64,000 bases of DNA, from NCBI GenBank assembly GCA_002633005.1, contig NMRA01000214.1:456414-520413 (forward strand), read 5' to 3'. The stretch is from Phoronis australis (Eukaryota; Animalia; Phoronida). The notes under the pieces were generated by a model, which saw only the letters and a program-made list of their open reading frames with translations, had not been told where the DNA came from and did not search any database. The translations under genes were made by a program, and so were the position numbers. Below, in pieces: positions 27,701 to 39,277 of the stretch. Each line of letters starts with the position of its first letter. Position 1 is the stretch's first letter.

Positions 27701-30700
27701 GGTGGTCGTTTTGATTAATCAATTATTTACCCATTTATTACTAGCCTTGTTCTTCCAATAGCCCTTAATCTAGATGTGCTATTCTGTTTTACGAATTTCT
27801 CTGTGTTCGCCCAATGAGACATTTAGTTGAGCACAGGACAAAAATGTGACTTACTATTGCATTATCATTATCTTCATCATTAAGTTATTATTATTATTTG
27901 TTCAAAAGCTAGCCTTGAGACAGGATACAGTACTGGTTGACCGGTAAATGCTAACAAAAGATCCATTGTTGAAAAGAATTAATGTAAAACATCTAAGCAA
28001 ACACTAGATTTCATTATCTTTGTTTTATTAAGTTGTTCTCTGAGGCAATTAATATTACTTGACCAATTATCTAACGCATACAGGTGTACACTATTGAGAC
28101 TGTGTATATCAGTGTTACCGTTACTGTTTTTATTGTTTTTTTCAACAACGAAAGAAGCACACCCGGTGATGAATCAAGTCCGGGAGAGATGACGAAACTG
28201 CTGTACACCGTACCACCTTGCGATCTTTGGTTCCAAAAGGGATCTTCATTTTATAATGTCATTTACACCATTCGTTGGTGAATGGAGCAAGGTAGTGTCA
28301 ATGACTTGTTCGCTTTTGGTTATGTTGAAAGATTGAGTGCCTAATTCACCTGCATGGAGGCGTTCGAGGACGTGAAAAGCAGAAGCGTTTATGGAAAACT
28401 TACGCGAAGTATCCCAATCTGTTGCATGTGCAGGTGACGTAATATTTTCCATCTTCAAGAACCGGTCGGCCAGAAAGACAGTGTGTGGTATTCCAGTCTT
28501 CATACGCGTCAAACTTGTAACACTGACACGAACAAACAAATTAACTAACACGTGGTTCTCTACACAGTTTAGATTTAAAGTACATGTAATCAATGGCGAA
28601 AGTTATAAGAAATCTGATATCATATCCTCAACTTTTAGGAGTTATGAATACAAACACGTGTCATTGTCATTATCAGTCACGTACCTCACAGTATACAAAG
28701 ACAAAGACAAAACTTCATTTTTGTTACGTGCACCGAACCACGGTACATTTACTTCTTCTGATTTGTTGATGATGTAGCTGATGGTATCACGAGAGAATTC
28801 CGTCAAGAGAGACGAAACATTTTGCCTTTTTACACATTTAAATTCAGAAAGGAAACAGACAGTTGCAAATAAAACAGCGAAAAATCACCGGTCCTTACTT
28901 GAATGCCATTCTGTGTCTCATTCAAGTCTCCGTGAACCGGTATCTTAACACTGAAGAGACTTCCTTCAACTGGAACCACGTCCATCACCGCCAGATGAAC
29001 AGTTCTTTGGAAATTGTTCAACATCGGATTAACAAAGTGAATCCCAATTACGTCACTCATTCTCGTCGAGGTCAGAGGGAAAATGGCAGAGCTGTTCCAG
29101 GTCAACAGATCGTTGGGCAGCTGCTTCGTTACCAGGCAACCGCCATGGCATGTTTGTCCGTCACTGCAATTCCACAGAGTGAACATGTCCTCCATAGTCC
29201 TGTTGAGTTGCATCTGGAATGACACAATTGGGAGATTTTCACAGAAAAATGTCTTCGAAGTCCTGCGGCTCTCACTACCACAGCTAACTAGGAAGCGATG
29301 ACTTGGGCCGCGCGGTCTGAAGCGGAATTGTGGGTCTTCTTCTTCTCCTTCTTCCGATACTAGACCAGGGTCCTGCTTCATGCAAGTGACTCAAGAGAAA
29401 TTTGGTCCTGCGCTCCTACATGTACTTCCTTGATAAATGTTCACTCAAGTAAGTACAAGTGCGTCACAGTCATAATTTACAGAAATTATCTCCCTAACTA
29501 TCAGTTATAAATATGTGTCTTTATATCCTCAGACATTAGTCGTTACACATTCCAGGTAATGTTATAAAAAGGTTTATTCACTCTCAATACGGTGACGCCT
29601 GTATATACAGCTGCTGAGGTTACTCCCAGACAAAGAATTTGAACAGTCCCGGTGAGTGCAATCGTTACGCGTCAAAGTTCTCCATTTGATGCACAATTTT
29701 AATAAATATTAGGGAGACGGTTAATAACCAGGTTCGTCTAGTCAAAAATTTCGGCGAAGAATCTTAACGTTTGTACGAGGAAATATTTAAAAAGACAGAT
29801 AAGAAACACCCCGCTTAAACCTAAAAAGTTTAAAGCTCACCGTAGCTGTTTGAGTGATAGTCGAACAGTTGTGACACGCCACATTCAACGTCTTGCTGCT
29901 GATATCATCAAACAAGGTCATGTTCACCATCATGGAGAGTATATCGTCTCTGACGTCATAGGACATGTTGTTAGACATCCCGCGGCACAGGCTTTGCATG
30001 TAGCCATGCAAATCTGTCCAAAACTTATGAACGATTGCATCTTTTGGTTGTGTGTCAAGAATACCTTATTGTAAAAAGACGAACTGATGGTTATTCATGT
30101 GTATGGATACATGAAGGTGCATTTTTAATAACAGTGACGCATTGTAGATTTCCTAAAGCAAAGGGGTGTTTTGCATGACATGAATGAGAAAATGAAGTGG
30201 TTGGTCGTGCAAACCTGTTGACGTCCAAGATAGGGTGAAGATCAAGTGACTTGAGGACTGAGCAATAAATGGGCATGCGCAACGTGTCAGGCAAAATTTT
30301 TTGTGGCGAATAAAGATAGCAACTTAGACGAGGAAAGATCGCAGCGCAAATTATCTACTATGTGAAAACAACAAATTTTATTGCTGTACTATAATGACGA
30401 AAGCGGCGAAAACACTGGAACATTCTGTAGGCTGCGTTTTCCTAAAACATTTACATTTTAGACTATACCTGCATCAGCTTTGAGACGATTTTCCACCTGA
30501 AAAGGAAACGGCAGTTGAGATCAGAAGGGGGTGTAAACGGAATACATTAAAGAGGAAAGACAAAAGCTTTTGGAGTTACATATTTTACTAAGGGCAACAC
30601 CTAGTGGTGACACGCCCTATCCGTATACATCGCACGCAACGTGGTTACAGGAGATGATCATCATATGAAACATTCCCACTATAACGAGGCAATGCTACAA

Positions 30701-33700
30701 TTTAATGAAAGCGTCACAAGCAATCTTAGAGAGACACTATCTCAGCGTTAATTCCAGTTCTCTTTGCCCTTGACAACAAAAGCAAAGTGACTTAAACGGA
30801 GCAGCAAAAGCTACGCATCTTGCTGTGGGTGCATTTAGTTTCACTGGGCAAACACTGTGACTGTCTCGCTACATTTAAAAGGATACCAAACCCGGTTTTG
30901 GCACATTAACAGATACTAAAAACTACTTTCTCATCCAGTAATCTGAAACAAAACAATGCTCGGTAACCCACTAAGACTCCCAAATGTTTGGAGGAAGAAC
31001 TTTAAACTCCTTTCAAAGTCTGCTAAACGAGAGAACGTGACCTACGCTTTTAGCGAATTACACGGCAACTGTGGGAAAAGACAACCCACCAAAGACCACA
31101 ATGTCCAATCTGTTACATGGGGAACACGAGTTTGTAGAACTTGATTCCTGTCTTTAACTTGATCCATTAGCAGGTGACAGGACGAGGATTGGTTGAAATC
31201 AACAAAATAAGGTTTAGTCATGGGCGGCGCAACACTGAAAAAGTGGTGCGCCGCCCATGCGAGTATCATTTTGATACAGTCTTCTATGCCAGTACACACA
31301 CCAAGATCTGGGCGTTTTGGAGGACCATTTCCACCACTTTTCTATAGTCTCCAGTCTTTTTCAACATAACCAGATATCGTTTGAATTCTTCGTAAAGGAA
31401 ACACCAAAAACATTTGATTTCCTATTTAAAACTACATAACAGCTACATGTAGTTATTCAGTATCCCAACGAAAAGAATCCAAGATCAAACTCATCGGAAA
31501 TTACAGAGGGAGGAAACTGAGGGAGGGGTGGGATAAGGAGAGAGGGGTGAAGCAAGGGCGGGAAGGAATAGCAGGGAGTGGGCGCCACAGAGAAAGAGGG
31601 ATAGGTAGACTGTGGTCCATATTTAGTCCATGGTGCAATAAAACATGTGGTGCTTCTGTCACAATGCAAGTGGCTTGTAAACGCATTAAATCTGCTTGAC
31701 TTTAGTCGGTCTACATATTAGCAGTGTCAATGTACAGAAGTCCTGCCAGTTTAAGAAGTCGTTCGGTCCTCTGTTCACGTACTTCCTCAACTGTCATGCT
31801 TTTCATCTTCGTTTTCTCGCGCTTTCTTCTGGACAAAGATTCCTCGACATTAGAACTTGACTCGCCTAAGGTTCGCTCCAAAGATGCGGCTATCACAGGA
31901 GCAGAAACCTCTGGCAACCTCTTTAAAGTCACGACTTTATCGTTGGCTGATGCTTCGACATTGTCCAGTTCAGACTCGATGTCGCTGAAACAGAAACAAG
32001 TGAATTAAGATCGTCAAAATGAAAGATGAGATCTAACATAGCAACGTACATAAGCGTAGTGGGTTTGACAAAGTGCTACTAAAGAACCCGTATGTCAAAT
32101 GGAGACCCTTATTCCAGTAGGTCCTAAAAACATTCAGTTTTAGAATTGTTGGTTTCAAACAAGACGTGAACAATTGCGCTAACCGAAAGGAAAAGAAGGA
32201 AACAGACTAAGTTTTTATTAAAGAGGCTACCCACAAGTTCGGCTTGTAAAGCAGAGAGTTCATTTGTGGATGCACCCTGTGCTTACATTATTATTTCGGG
32301 TGAAACCAGTAGGTCGGTCTCAAACCAGCATTAACACGTCAATTCGATTTCACATATGTTCTGTAACTAGAGTTTTGCGAGGTTTATACGCAAATGTTTC
32401 GGTTTCACCTCAGCTTGGTCTGATGTCCTGGCTGGGTTCTGTAGTCGCAGGAATCTCGCAAAGGAAGCTAGTGTGATCACGGAATTCGTTCGTTTTTCAT
32501 CGCAATGTCTCACTCGCACAGTCTTGTGTGATCTTGCGTTTTCGCTAGTAGGTTCTCGCTTTTACGGAACGCACACCAGGTTCATAGTAATTCATGTGAA
32601 CCAGGCGCTATAGCAAGCTGTTTCAAATGGATGGGGGGGGGTGTACTATTTCAAGAACCACTTCCATAAAGTGCATGTTTGTAAATGATTACCTGACATC
32701 TTTTGAAGATAAGACGTTAGTGTTAGCGTCACTGAACAGATTTCCAATCTTTTTCACCAATGGTCTTCTGGTATTGAGAACTTCTGGATTCTCCTTCACC
32801 ACAACGGAATCGTCTAAAACGGATACTGTTATGCAATTGTCATGATTAATTGTTTCATGTTACGTGTATCAGCTATTCTTGTAAAGGGTAAATCCTGTGA
32901 TTGTTATTAAAACATCTGTGATATGTTTGTCACCTTTTAAGGCGTGTCATAGTGATGGCCTCATGTAAAATTTGAATTCCCTTCCACAAAAGAAGCATTG
33001 GCACACTTTGAAACGCAAAAGGGGCAGACGAGAAAAAGAAAGATGTAGCAAACATGCCAATTTACTCCCCTTTTGCTTACCTTCGCCGCTAGATAGTTCT
33101 CGGGCCACGGTGAGGAACACCACAAGATGGGGTATCAAAATGTACCCTGAAAATAAGGAGAAATTTATATTCAAAGATACATTCGCTAAATTTTGGACAA
33201 GCAGTCAAATTTTCTATGTATTTTCGTCTGCTCAAAGGTGCATGGGGCCGGGTTTGAATCTGTTATTTTACGACTATGGATCGATTCCGAAGGCAATATC
33301 ATCAGAGCGTTCGCAGAGCTAGTTCCTTGTGAAAAAAGAAAGATCTCGAAAGATATCGAGTGTTTCGCGAATATTCTCGGGAGCTTACAAGCCTGTCCTA
33401 GCAAAATGGCAGCCACTGAAGTAATATGGTCGGTGCGGTTGAGATGTTGAATTATGGGTTATGGAATTGAATACATTGTTTCCGTTCCATAAACGAAGAT
33501 TGTGCAACTTGATACATTGCGGTCTTCGGAACTCCGGTAACGCCTTTTGGCAACACTGGTCTCCCGAGTCATATGTGACCCGACATACAGTTCTGTCACT
33601 TATTGGTTTATCATGCGACCAGCGATGCTTTTTTCCTCGGATTTCTTCATCGGCATGTTTCGGCATGCACTTCGGGGCACCTCGAGTATTATCGTAGCCT

Positions 33701-36195
33701 CAACGATGGTACAGCTTCAAATTAATCTGGAAGACCTCGGGTATTGTGGTAGTCTCAAACATTACCATTGAGGACCATTAAGATTAAAGATGATTCGAAA
33801 CAATCAACAGACTAACATCTTATACATAATTGAAGTGTTCTTGAAAAATAAGATGCAATTACTTTGCAGGCATTAACATTCATTGTATTTGGCAAGTCAT
33901 GGTCTTAGCGTTGTCAAAGTATTGTAGGAACTGAATTTACGTGTATTGTCTTTCAAGGTTTTAAAACTACACATGCACAAAATTATGACATCAGTTACAT
34001 CAAATTAATGCAAAATTCTTATGTTATTATTATGTATATGAAAGCATTTACGCACATTCTCCTGTTCTCATCATAAAGTGTTTTCACAAAATAGTTTTTG
34101 TTCTTTTGTTTCGCTCATACGTGCATGCTTGCGTTTCGTTGCTTTAAATGCATTCGGGTAGTAAAATACCTTAGAAATACAGTGAAATTTGAAAATTCAT
34201 TCCGTATTTAATTAATAGGATGATCTGTTATAATTTCAGAACAATTTCATAGAAAAAAACGTAAAATATTGTCCGATGTTTCTTTTTCTTCAATTCGCTC
34301 TATAGAATGTGACGATGGACTTTGCTTTGAGGAAGTCAGGTAGTCCAAAATATTTAAGGGAAAAGTGACATTATCGACGCGAGATGAGTCTCAACGTAGT
34401 TTCAAATCTGTAACCCCTGCGGTCGAAGTAAAACCTGACGGAGGGCTAAATCTTAAAGATGTGTAGCAGGAACTAAACGACAATGCTATTTTTACATAAT
34501 CTATGCTAAACAAAGTGCAGTTGTATTCATTGACAACTTGTAAATGTGAAAACAAAAAATTCTAGGTGATCTTTGTACTAATGACGTACATTGGGGGCTT
34601 CCATAGCCCCAACATGACGTCACGATACTTACCGGACACGGTTGAGTGATTTACGGCCGACAATTTTTGACACAAAACTCGTTCTTAAAAACATTGGTCA
34701 GTTTTCAACCTAGTCCATGTTCACATCGCCGATGTATGTTGTGTTTTTAACTAATTTGACCAAGCAGTCTCAGAGATAAGGAATTATCCTGCAACTTTCA
34801 CTTTAAACGCATTCAGTTGGAAAGTTACTGGACTTTATTTCATCGAGTGTCTTGCAGACAACGGCGCGAATAAAATAACAAAAACACAACGGATTTTAGA
34901 TGGCACTTGAAAAACCAGATCGTATCAGCTCCAACAGTTTGTTCCACAGGATGAGCAAAAGCTGAAACCATAAACCGTATACTGGGCCAATAACTTCAAA
35001 AACTTTATACAAAATATATTGAAAGTGATTCCAAAGTCAATTTGTCCATCTTTTACTACCGTAAGTGTAGACGTCTATCTGAAAAAACGAGCGAATATAC
35101 GCCGAATTACCAGTTTACACCCCAAAGCCACCGTTTGTACGCGATTACTACGAACAGAGACAGCACCTAAATACGTAATACCAACGATCTTGAGACATTA
35201 ACTATTAACAAGTATTTTCGTGTTAGATATGATCAGAAGTCACATTTGTAAAAAGATATAAAAAAAGAAAATTTTGGTAAAAATTGTCTTTAAAATGGAT
35301 AATAGTGCGTCTAATTTAGGTGGCACGGTGTCACAATCAGAATTGTGATACATTCGCGTGCGGCATGTCATGCAGAGGCATAGAATTCCAAATAGAGCTC
35401 TGATGACAACAATGACTTTGCCACGCGCTTTCAGCAATGGCCAATTCGTTCGCGCACCACAACTACAATAATAGAAAAACTTTTCAGTGGTAATGACATT
35501 CAAACGCCGCAAGGCTAATTTCACTTGCAACAAAACTTAACGCTTATTCATAAAGATGGTCTAGAGAACCACGTTATCCCCGCATGTGGTTCCACGTCAC
35601 CGAGCCACTGTTTCATTGAGCTGCATATGTGCCTAACCTTCACAATTTATGGTCATGCGCTTAGCCGGGCTTTACTGTAACGCCTTTGCATAACGCATTT
35701 GACCTAAGACAATAATTATTAAAATAAAAATAATAACGTTAAAACATCAAAATAATAGTAATAACAGCAGCGGTAGGAGCGGCGGCGGGAGCGGCGGGGG
35801 GAGCGGGAGCGGGAGGGGCAGTAGCAGTAGCAGTAGCTACAATATTATGAATATTCATATAATCAATGACAAATTCAACAATAAGTATTGTTTATGATTA
35901 ATCAGTGACACATCGCAACTGTTTTTTCCAACACTTCAGAAATAAGATGGTGCTACGGTGAACTCGAGGCCACCTAAGTTACGACAACTTTTCAATGCAA
36001 GTTAAGATAACCTTACGCTAAGGTGACGCTAAGGTGACGCTAAGGTGACGCTAAGGTGTCTTCGAGTTAGCAGATTTTTGTGTATTGTGAATGAGGCGCT
36101 AACTGAAGTGACTTCAATTTTTTTCGGTGGTAAAGCGATGTTGTCCTTTTAATGAGATAAAGAAAAGTTTCCAACTTACTCAAAAGGATCGACAT
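18787..36195 (-). CDS. Uncharacterised type I transmembrane mucin-like protein with SEA domain
   Basis: Well-supported exons: 36195-36180 and 33146-33081 (MSILLRYILIPHLVVFLTVARELSSG, signal-peptide-like), 32813-32693, 31984-31783 (SRRKR), 30496-30469, 30013-29841, 29213-28899, 26401-26325, 26071-25268 (Ser/Thr/Glu-rich), 24563-24411, 23688-23506 (duplicate at 23199-23017), 22343-22158 (NITAVSG-SIVVSF, SEA motif), 20580-20404 (TM LGLILGSVIGSILALCLIIAIVIAV followed by KR), 19989-19840 and 18839-18787 (ends TPEIV*). Exons between ~28830 and ~27070 (about 28825-28685, 28522-28350, 28244-28120, 27690-27415, 27142-27073) are approximate and two junction phases do not reconcile. Confidence 0.7.
21372..21440. 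repeat. Minisatellite, 24-bp unit, ~3 copies
   Basis: ATAAACAGGGCGAAATTTAACGCG repeated. Confidence 0.9.
22893..23820. repeat. Near-identical ~440-bp direct duplication containing a SEA-domain exon; probable haplotype overlap
   Basis: 22893-23331 vs ~23381-23820 (offset 489) with a single N at 23332 at the junction; few SNPs (VRSQ vs VKSQ). Confidence 0.85.
24120..25425. repeat. Diverged intragenic duplication (~24120-24563 vs ~24970-25420) covering an exon end and its downstream intron
   Basis: Exon 24563-24411 (TIADGATRVDSKTGKSSHIPYTDSGGQNTEA) is paralogous to the end of exon 26071-25268 (TIAVGATGVYSETGKSSQKPHTDSGGQNTKA). Both share the donor GCAG/GTGAGATGTT and an alignable intron. Confidence 0.85.
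31219..31259. mobile_element. Minimal hairpin remnant of a TIR element
   Basis: CATGGGCGGCGCA...TGCGCCGCCCATG is a perfect 13-bp inverted repeat; related to the longer copy at ~61783-61864. Confidence 0.55.
35750..35840. repeat. Compound low-complexity microsatellite (AAT, GCG/GGAGCG, AGCAGT)
   Basis: Directly visible short tandem repeats. Confidence 0.8.
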
Positions 36196-36770
36196 CTCAG
36201 TTCGCACGATTAGGCATTACAAACGCCCAGCGTTAAAACAATGAAAACGGTCGTCAAGCGTCTATTACGTTTTCACCATATGATAGGCACTGCCCGATTT
36301 CGGCCTAGGGTGACATAAAATAATACGGAAATATTGATTTCGCATGTACGGAAACATATGCATGTAATATTTATAAAGACAATAGTATGNCTTTTCAATG
36401 CAAGTTAAGATAACCTTACGCTAAGGTGACGCTAAGGTGTCTTCGAGTTAGCAGATTTTTGTGTATTGTGAATGAGGCGCTAACTGAAGTGACTTCAATT
36501 TTTTTCGGTGGTAAAGCGATGTTGTCCTTTTAATAAGATAAAGAAAAGTTTCCAACTTACTTAAAAGGATCGACATCTCAGTTCGCACGATTAGGCATTA
36601 CAAACGCCCAGCGTTAAAACAATGAAAACGGTCGTCAAGCGTCTATTACGTTTTCACCATGTGATAGGCACTGCCCGATTTCGGCCTAGGGTGACATAAA
36701 ATAATACGGAAATATTGATTTCGCAAGTACGGAAACATATGCATGTAATATTTATAAAGACAATAGTATG
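35988..36770. repeat. Near-identical direct duplication around a single N (35988-36389 and 36391-36770), includes first coding exon of the SEA-protein gene; probable haplotype overlap
   Basis: Copies differ by a few SNPs and by 4 vs 2 copies of the 11-mer ACGCTAAGGTG. The MSILL micro-exon differs only synonymously (TTG vs TTA). Confidence 0.88.
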
Positions 36771-37201
36771 AAAAATTGAGATCCCATGAGACTTAACTTT
36801 TTGTCACAAATTACGTCTAATGTGACTTAGAGTATCACATATGACGCCTCTGCGAATGTCGTGAATGTCAGAGCATTGTTTTTTGTGTCGCCTATATTGT
36901 TAATAATTCTGCGCAAAACAGGAGGGGAGTGAAATGGTTTTCAAGAGGTAAATTAGTTAATACATGCGCACCGAATGAATAAAATTTTAACAGGTGTGTG
37001 TGTTCGCCTAGTTGCCGCCAACCAACCATGTGTCTCATACACAGTGCAGTGTATTGGTATTGTAAGCGAAGCAGACGATCACACCAGCTTAACACTCTTC
37101 AGCGACGCAGTTTCGACTTTCACCAGCCGTGTCCTCCACAGTGCATTTACCCTCATCTAGAAAGTCACGTGATAATTCTCATGCAACTACAAAGAGTTTA
37201 A

Positions 37202-37656
37202 GGTTATGCAGGACCCAAAATTTGTTAACTTCGGAACATGATATCTCAGAAATGGCTAATCGTATTCACATGAAACATTTGTTATGCTTTACGCTTTTAT
37301 TTTTTAATATTCAACTTTTGCTCGAGAGGTCATCAAAATAGGAGTTCCAGGGTTTTCACGAAAGAAACTTAAATTACAGAAAATGAAAACGAAATCAATA
37401 TTTTAGAAAACTTAACAGAGTTTTTGAGATCTTATCTCGAACATTTATACCGACTAAGATTTTATCGTGTTATTGATACTAGTTTTTTGCTCAACCTTTT
37501 TTTGATAAAGTTTACTATAAAGACAGGGTGTCGCTCACCAATTATTGGCAGGTTGGTAAAAATTAAAAAATCGACTTTCTACATTCAGAAAATTTTACTG
37601 AGATTAAAATCTATTAGTTATAAATACGCGGACTTGTCAATAAAATGTCCTTGACC
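37202..37656. mobile_element. TTAA-flanked non-autonomous element (Kolobok/piggyBac-like ends)
   Basis: TTAA|GGTTATGCAGGA...TGTCCTTGACC|TTAA with short imperfect TIRs. A related terminal fragment starts at ~23949 (TTAAGGTCATGTAG) and another ends at ~53191 (CATGACCTTAA). Confidence 0.55.
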
Positions 37657-38595
37657 TTAAGGACCAGTCTGAGACATTAATTATTTCATGAACACAATAA
37701 GCAGGCAAAACGGGGCGAACACAGGCGCCGATGGCAAACTCATGGGCAAAACATCAGTACAGGGTCGCAAGTCAGCCGGACGCATTTCGATTCTTCGGTT
37801 TCCACGATCAGGGCGTACCGACTAGAACCATTTATGTAACTGGATTCCGGAACGACGAAAACAGAAGTCCAATAGTGGAAAAAAGCATGCAAAAACCGAC
37901 AATTTAAAAGTTGTTAAAACCGATGAAGTGATTATAAATAAAGGCTTTATTATAGAGAATAGTAGGGAAAGACTTCATGGCAATGAATTGTGACGTGAAT
38001 TTCGAATATTCTTCTGCTTCTACTACTTTTAAACACCAGACTTCATCAAGTTGAAGACACTGGTGGGCGTAACCCCGGAGATCTCAAATCATTTTAGGAC
38101 CTAACATTTGCCAAGACATGAAAACATTTATCCTTTTCGTTTTGAATTTTTATAAATTTGCTCCTTGGTTTTACTCTAGTGACTCATAAGATCAAGTACT
38201 GATTAAACCCAAGTTGATATAAACTAGTTACCGCGATAAAATTGGCCATTTGGGGTCTAACTTTGCGAAAAACTGACTGTTTGTTGGGGATGTTTGCATG
38301 ATTATCAGTTCTTGCATTTTTGCTACCTCTGTAATATTTTATAAGAAATGAAAAGTAGATAGCAACAGATTCTATCCGGCGTTTCTCGACCGTCTAAGAA
38401 CGTGTTCGCAGCCCCGCTCCACCCTTGCCGTGCACGGCGAGTTTCGTGGTCCTATATAGCTACCTCGAAAAATGCCTGACACGCCATGGCAAGTCAACTT
38501 GCAGAGCCTGGTCTCAAGCAAATGTCCGTGGCCAAGCTCCGTTATAGCGTACAAAGGCAGTTGCAGAACAACACTACTTGATATACTTTGAAGTC

Positions 38596-38753
38596 CACTG
38601 GCGGATTTAGAGGGGGCCCAAGGGGGCCATGTCCCCTCTAAATTTCTCTCAGATTCCATTTGGCAGTTCACGGGTGCGAATGTCTGACGGGCAAAATGCT
38701 GGCTAATACTCTACCCTGTCCCCCCGTAACTCAAAATCCTTGATCCGCCCCTG
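38596..38753. mobile_element. ~160-bp non-autonomous DNA transposon with 5-bp TSD (hAT5-like)
   Basis: AAGTC|CACTGGCGGATTTAG...GATCCGCCCCTG|AAGTC; the interior is homologous to 46331-46485 and ~57046-57213. Confidence 0.8.
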
Positions 38754-39190
38754 AAGTCACTGAGTGGCTAAATCCTAAGTTGCCACCAGACATGCCGGGG
38801 AGGCGGATTTATAAAAATCTTCTACATAAAAATGATGAGTAATTATCTTGTCGTAGTAGTTTAAAGTCGGAATATTCGCATCCTGATCCTGTTCAATCCT
38901 CTGAATCAGCAAATCTCCCCCAGTAACCTAACGGTTCTCACGAGCGCACACTGCGCATATGGGGACTGCACTAACTTGAAATTAGCTCATCTTTCATTGA
39001 ATGTACAGTTAGACTGTAGCCGCGGCCAATTTACAGAACTTATATTATTGAGATAGGCCAGGTTTGGCGGCAGTTTTAATGTAAAAATTGCAGGTAGATT
39101 CGATAAATCGGATTTTTTCGTGCTTTGAATTTCTTGTGCATCACTGAGAAAAAGCCCATTACGTCGGCTATAGACTTACTCTTCTTTAAA

Positions 39191-39277
39191 ATGGCGGCTC
39201 CCTGTAGTCAACAGTGTTGCCAACGCCTCTGGTGTTGGCTTACGTTGCAGTGACTCAAGAATCTGCGACGATTTCAG
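39191..39277 (+). promoter_or_regulatory. Probable first exon / 5' region of METTL25B, with a YY1-like AAAATGGCGGC motif and a short ORF
   Basis: AAAATGGCGGC just before and including ATG 39191; candidate donor CAG/GTAGCT at 39277. The downstream coding exon at 40621 begins at a splice acceptor, so an upstream exon must exist. Confidence 0.45.

Noticed and set aside
34633-34694. Alternative first coding exon (MFLRTSFVSKIVGRKSLNRV) with strong donor GTAAGT
   Set aside because: It ends in phase 2 and hits a stop when joined to exon 33146; the 36195 micro-exon gives the correct phase and a signal peptide.
31711-36195. Stand-alone 158-aa neuropeptide-like precursor (signal peptide...RRKR-EKTKMKSMTVEEVREQRTERLLKLAGLLYIDTANM*)
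   Set aside because: A good phase-0 donor (GAA/GTACGT at 31783) joins in frame to the next exon (VENRLKADA...). I saw no nearby AATAAA on that strand and no amidation signal. It is better explained as the N-terminus of the membrane protein, although an intron-retained short isoform cannot be excluded.
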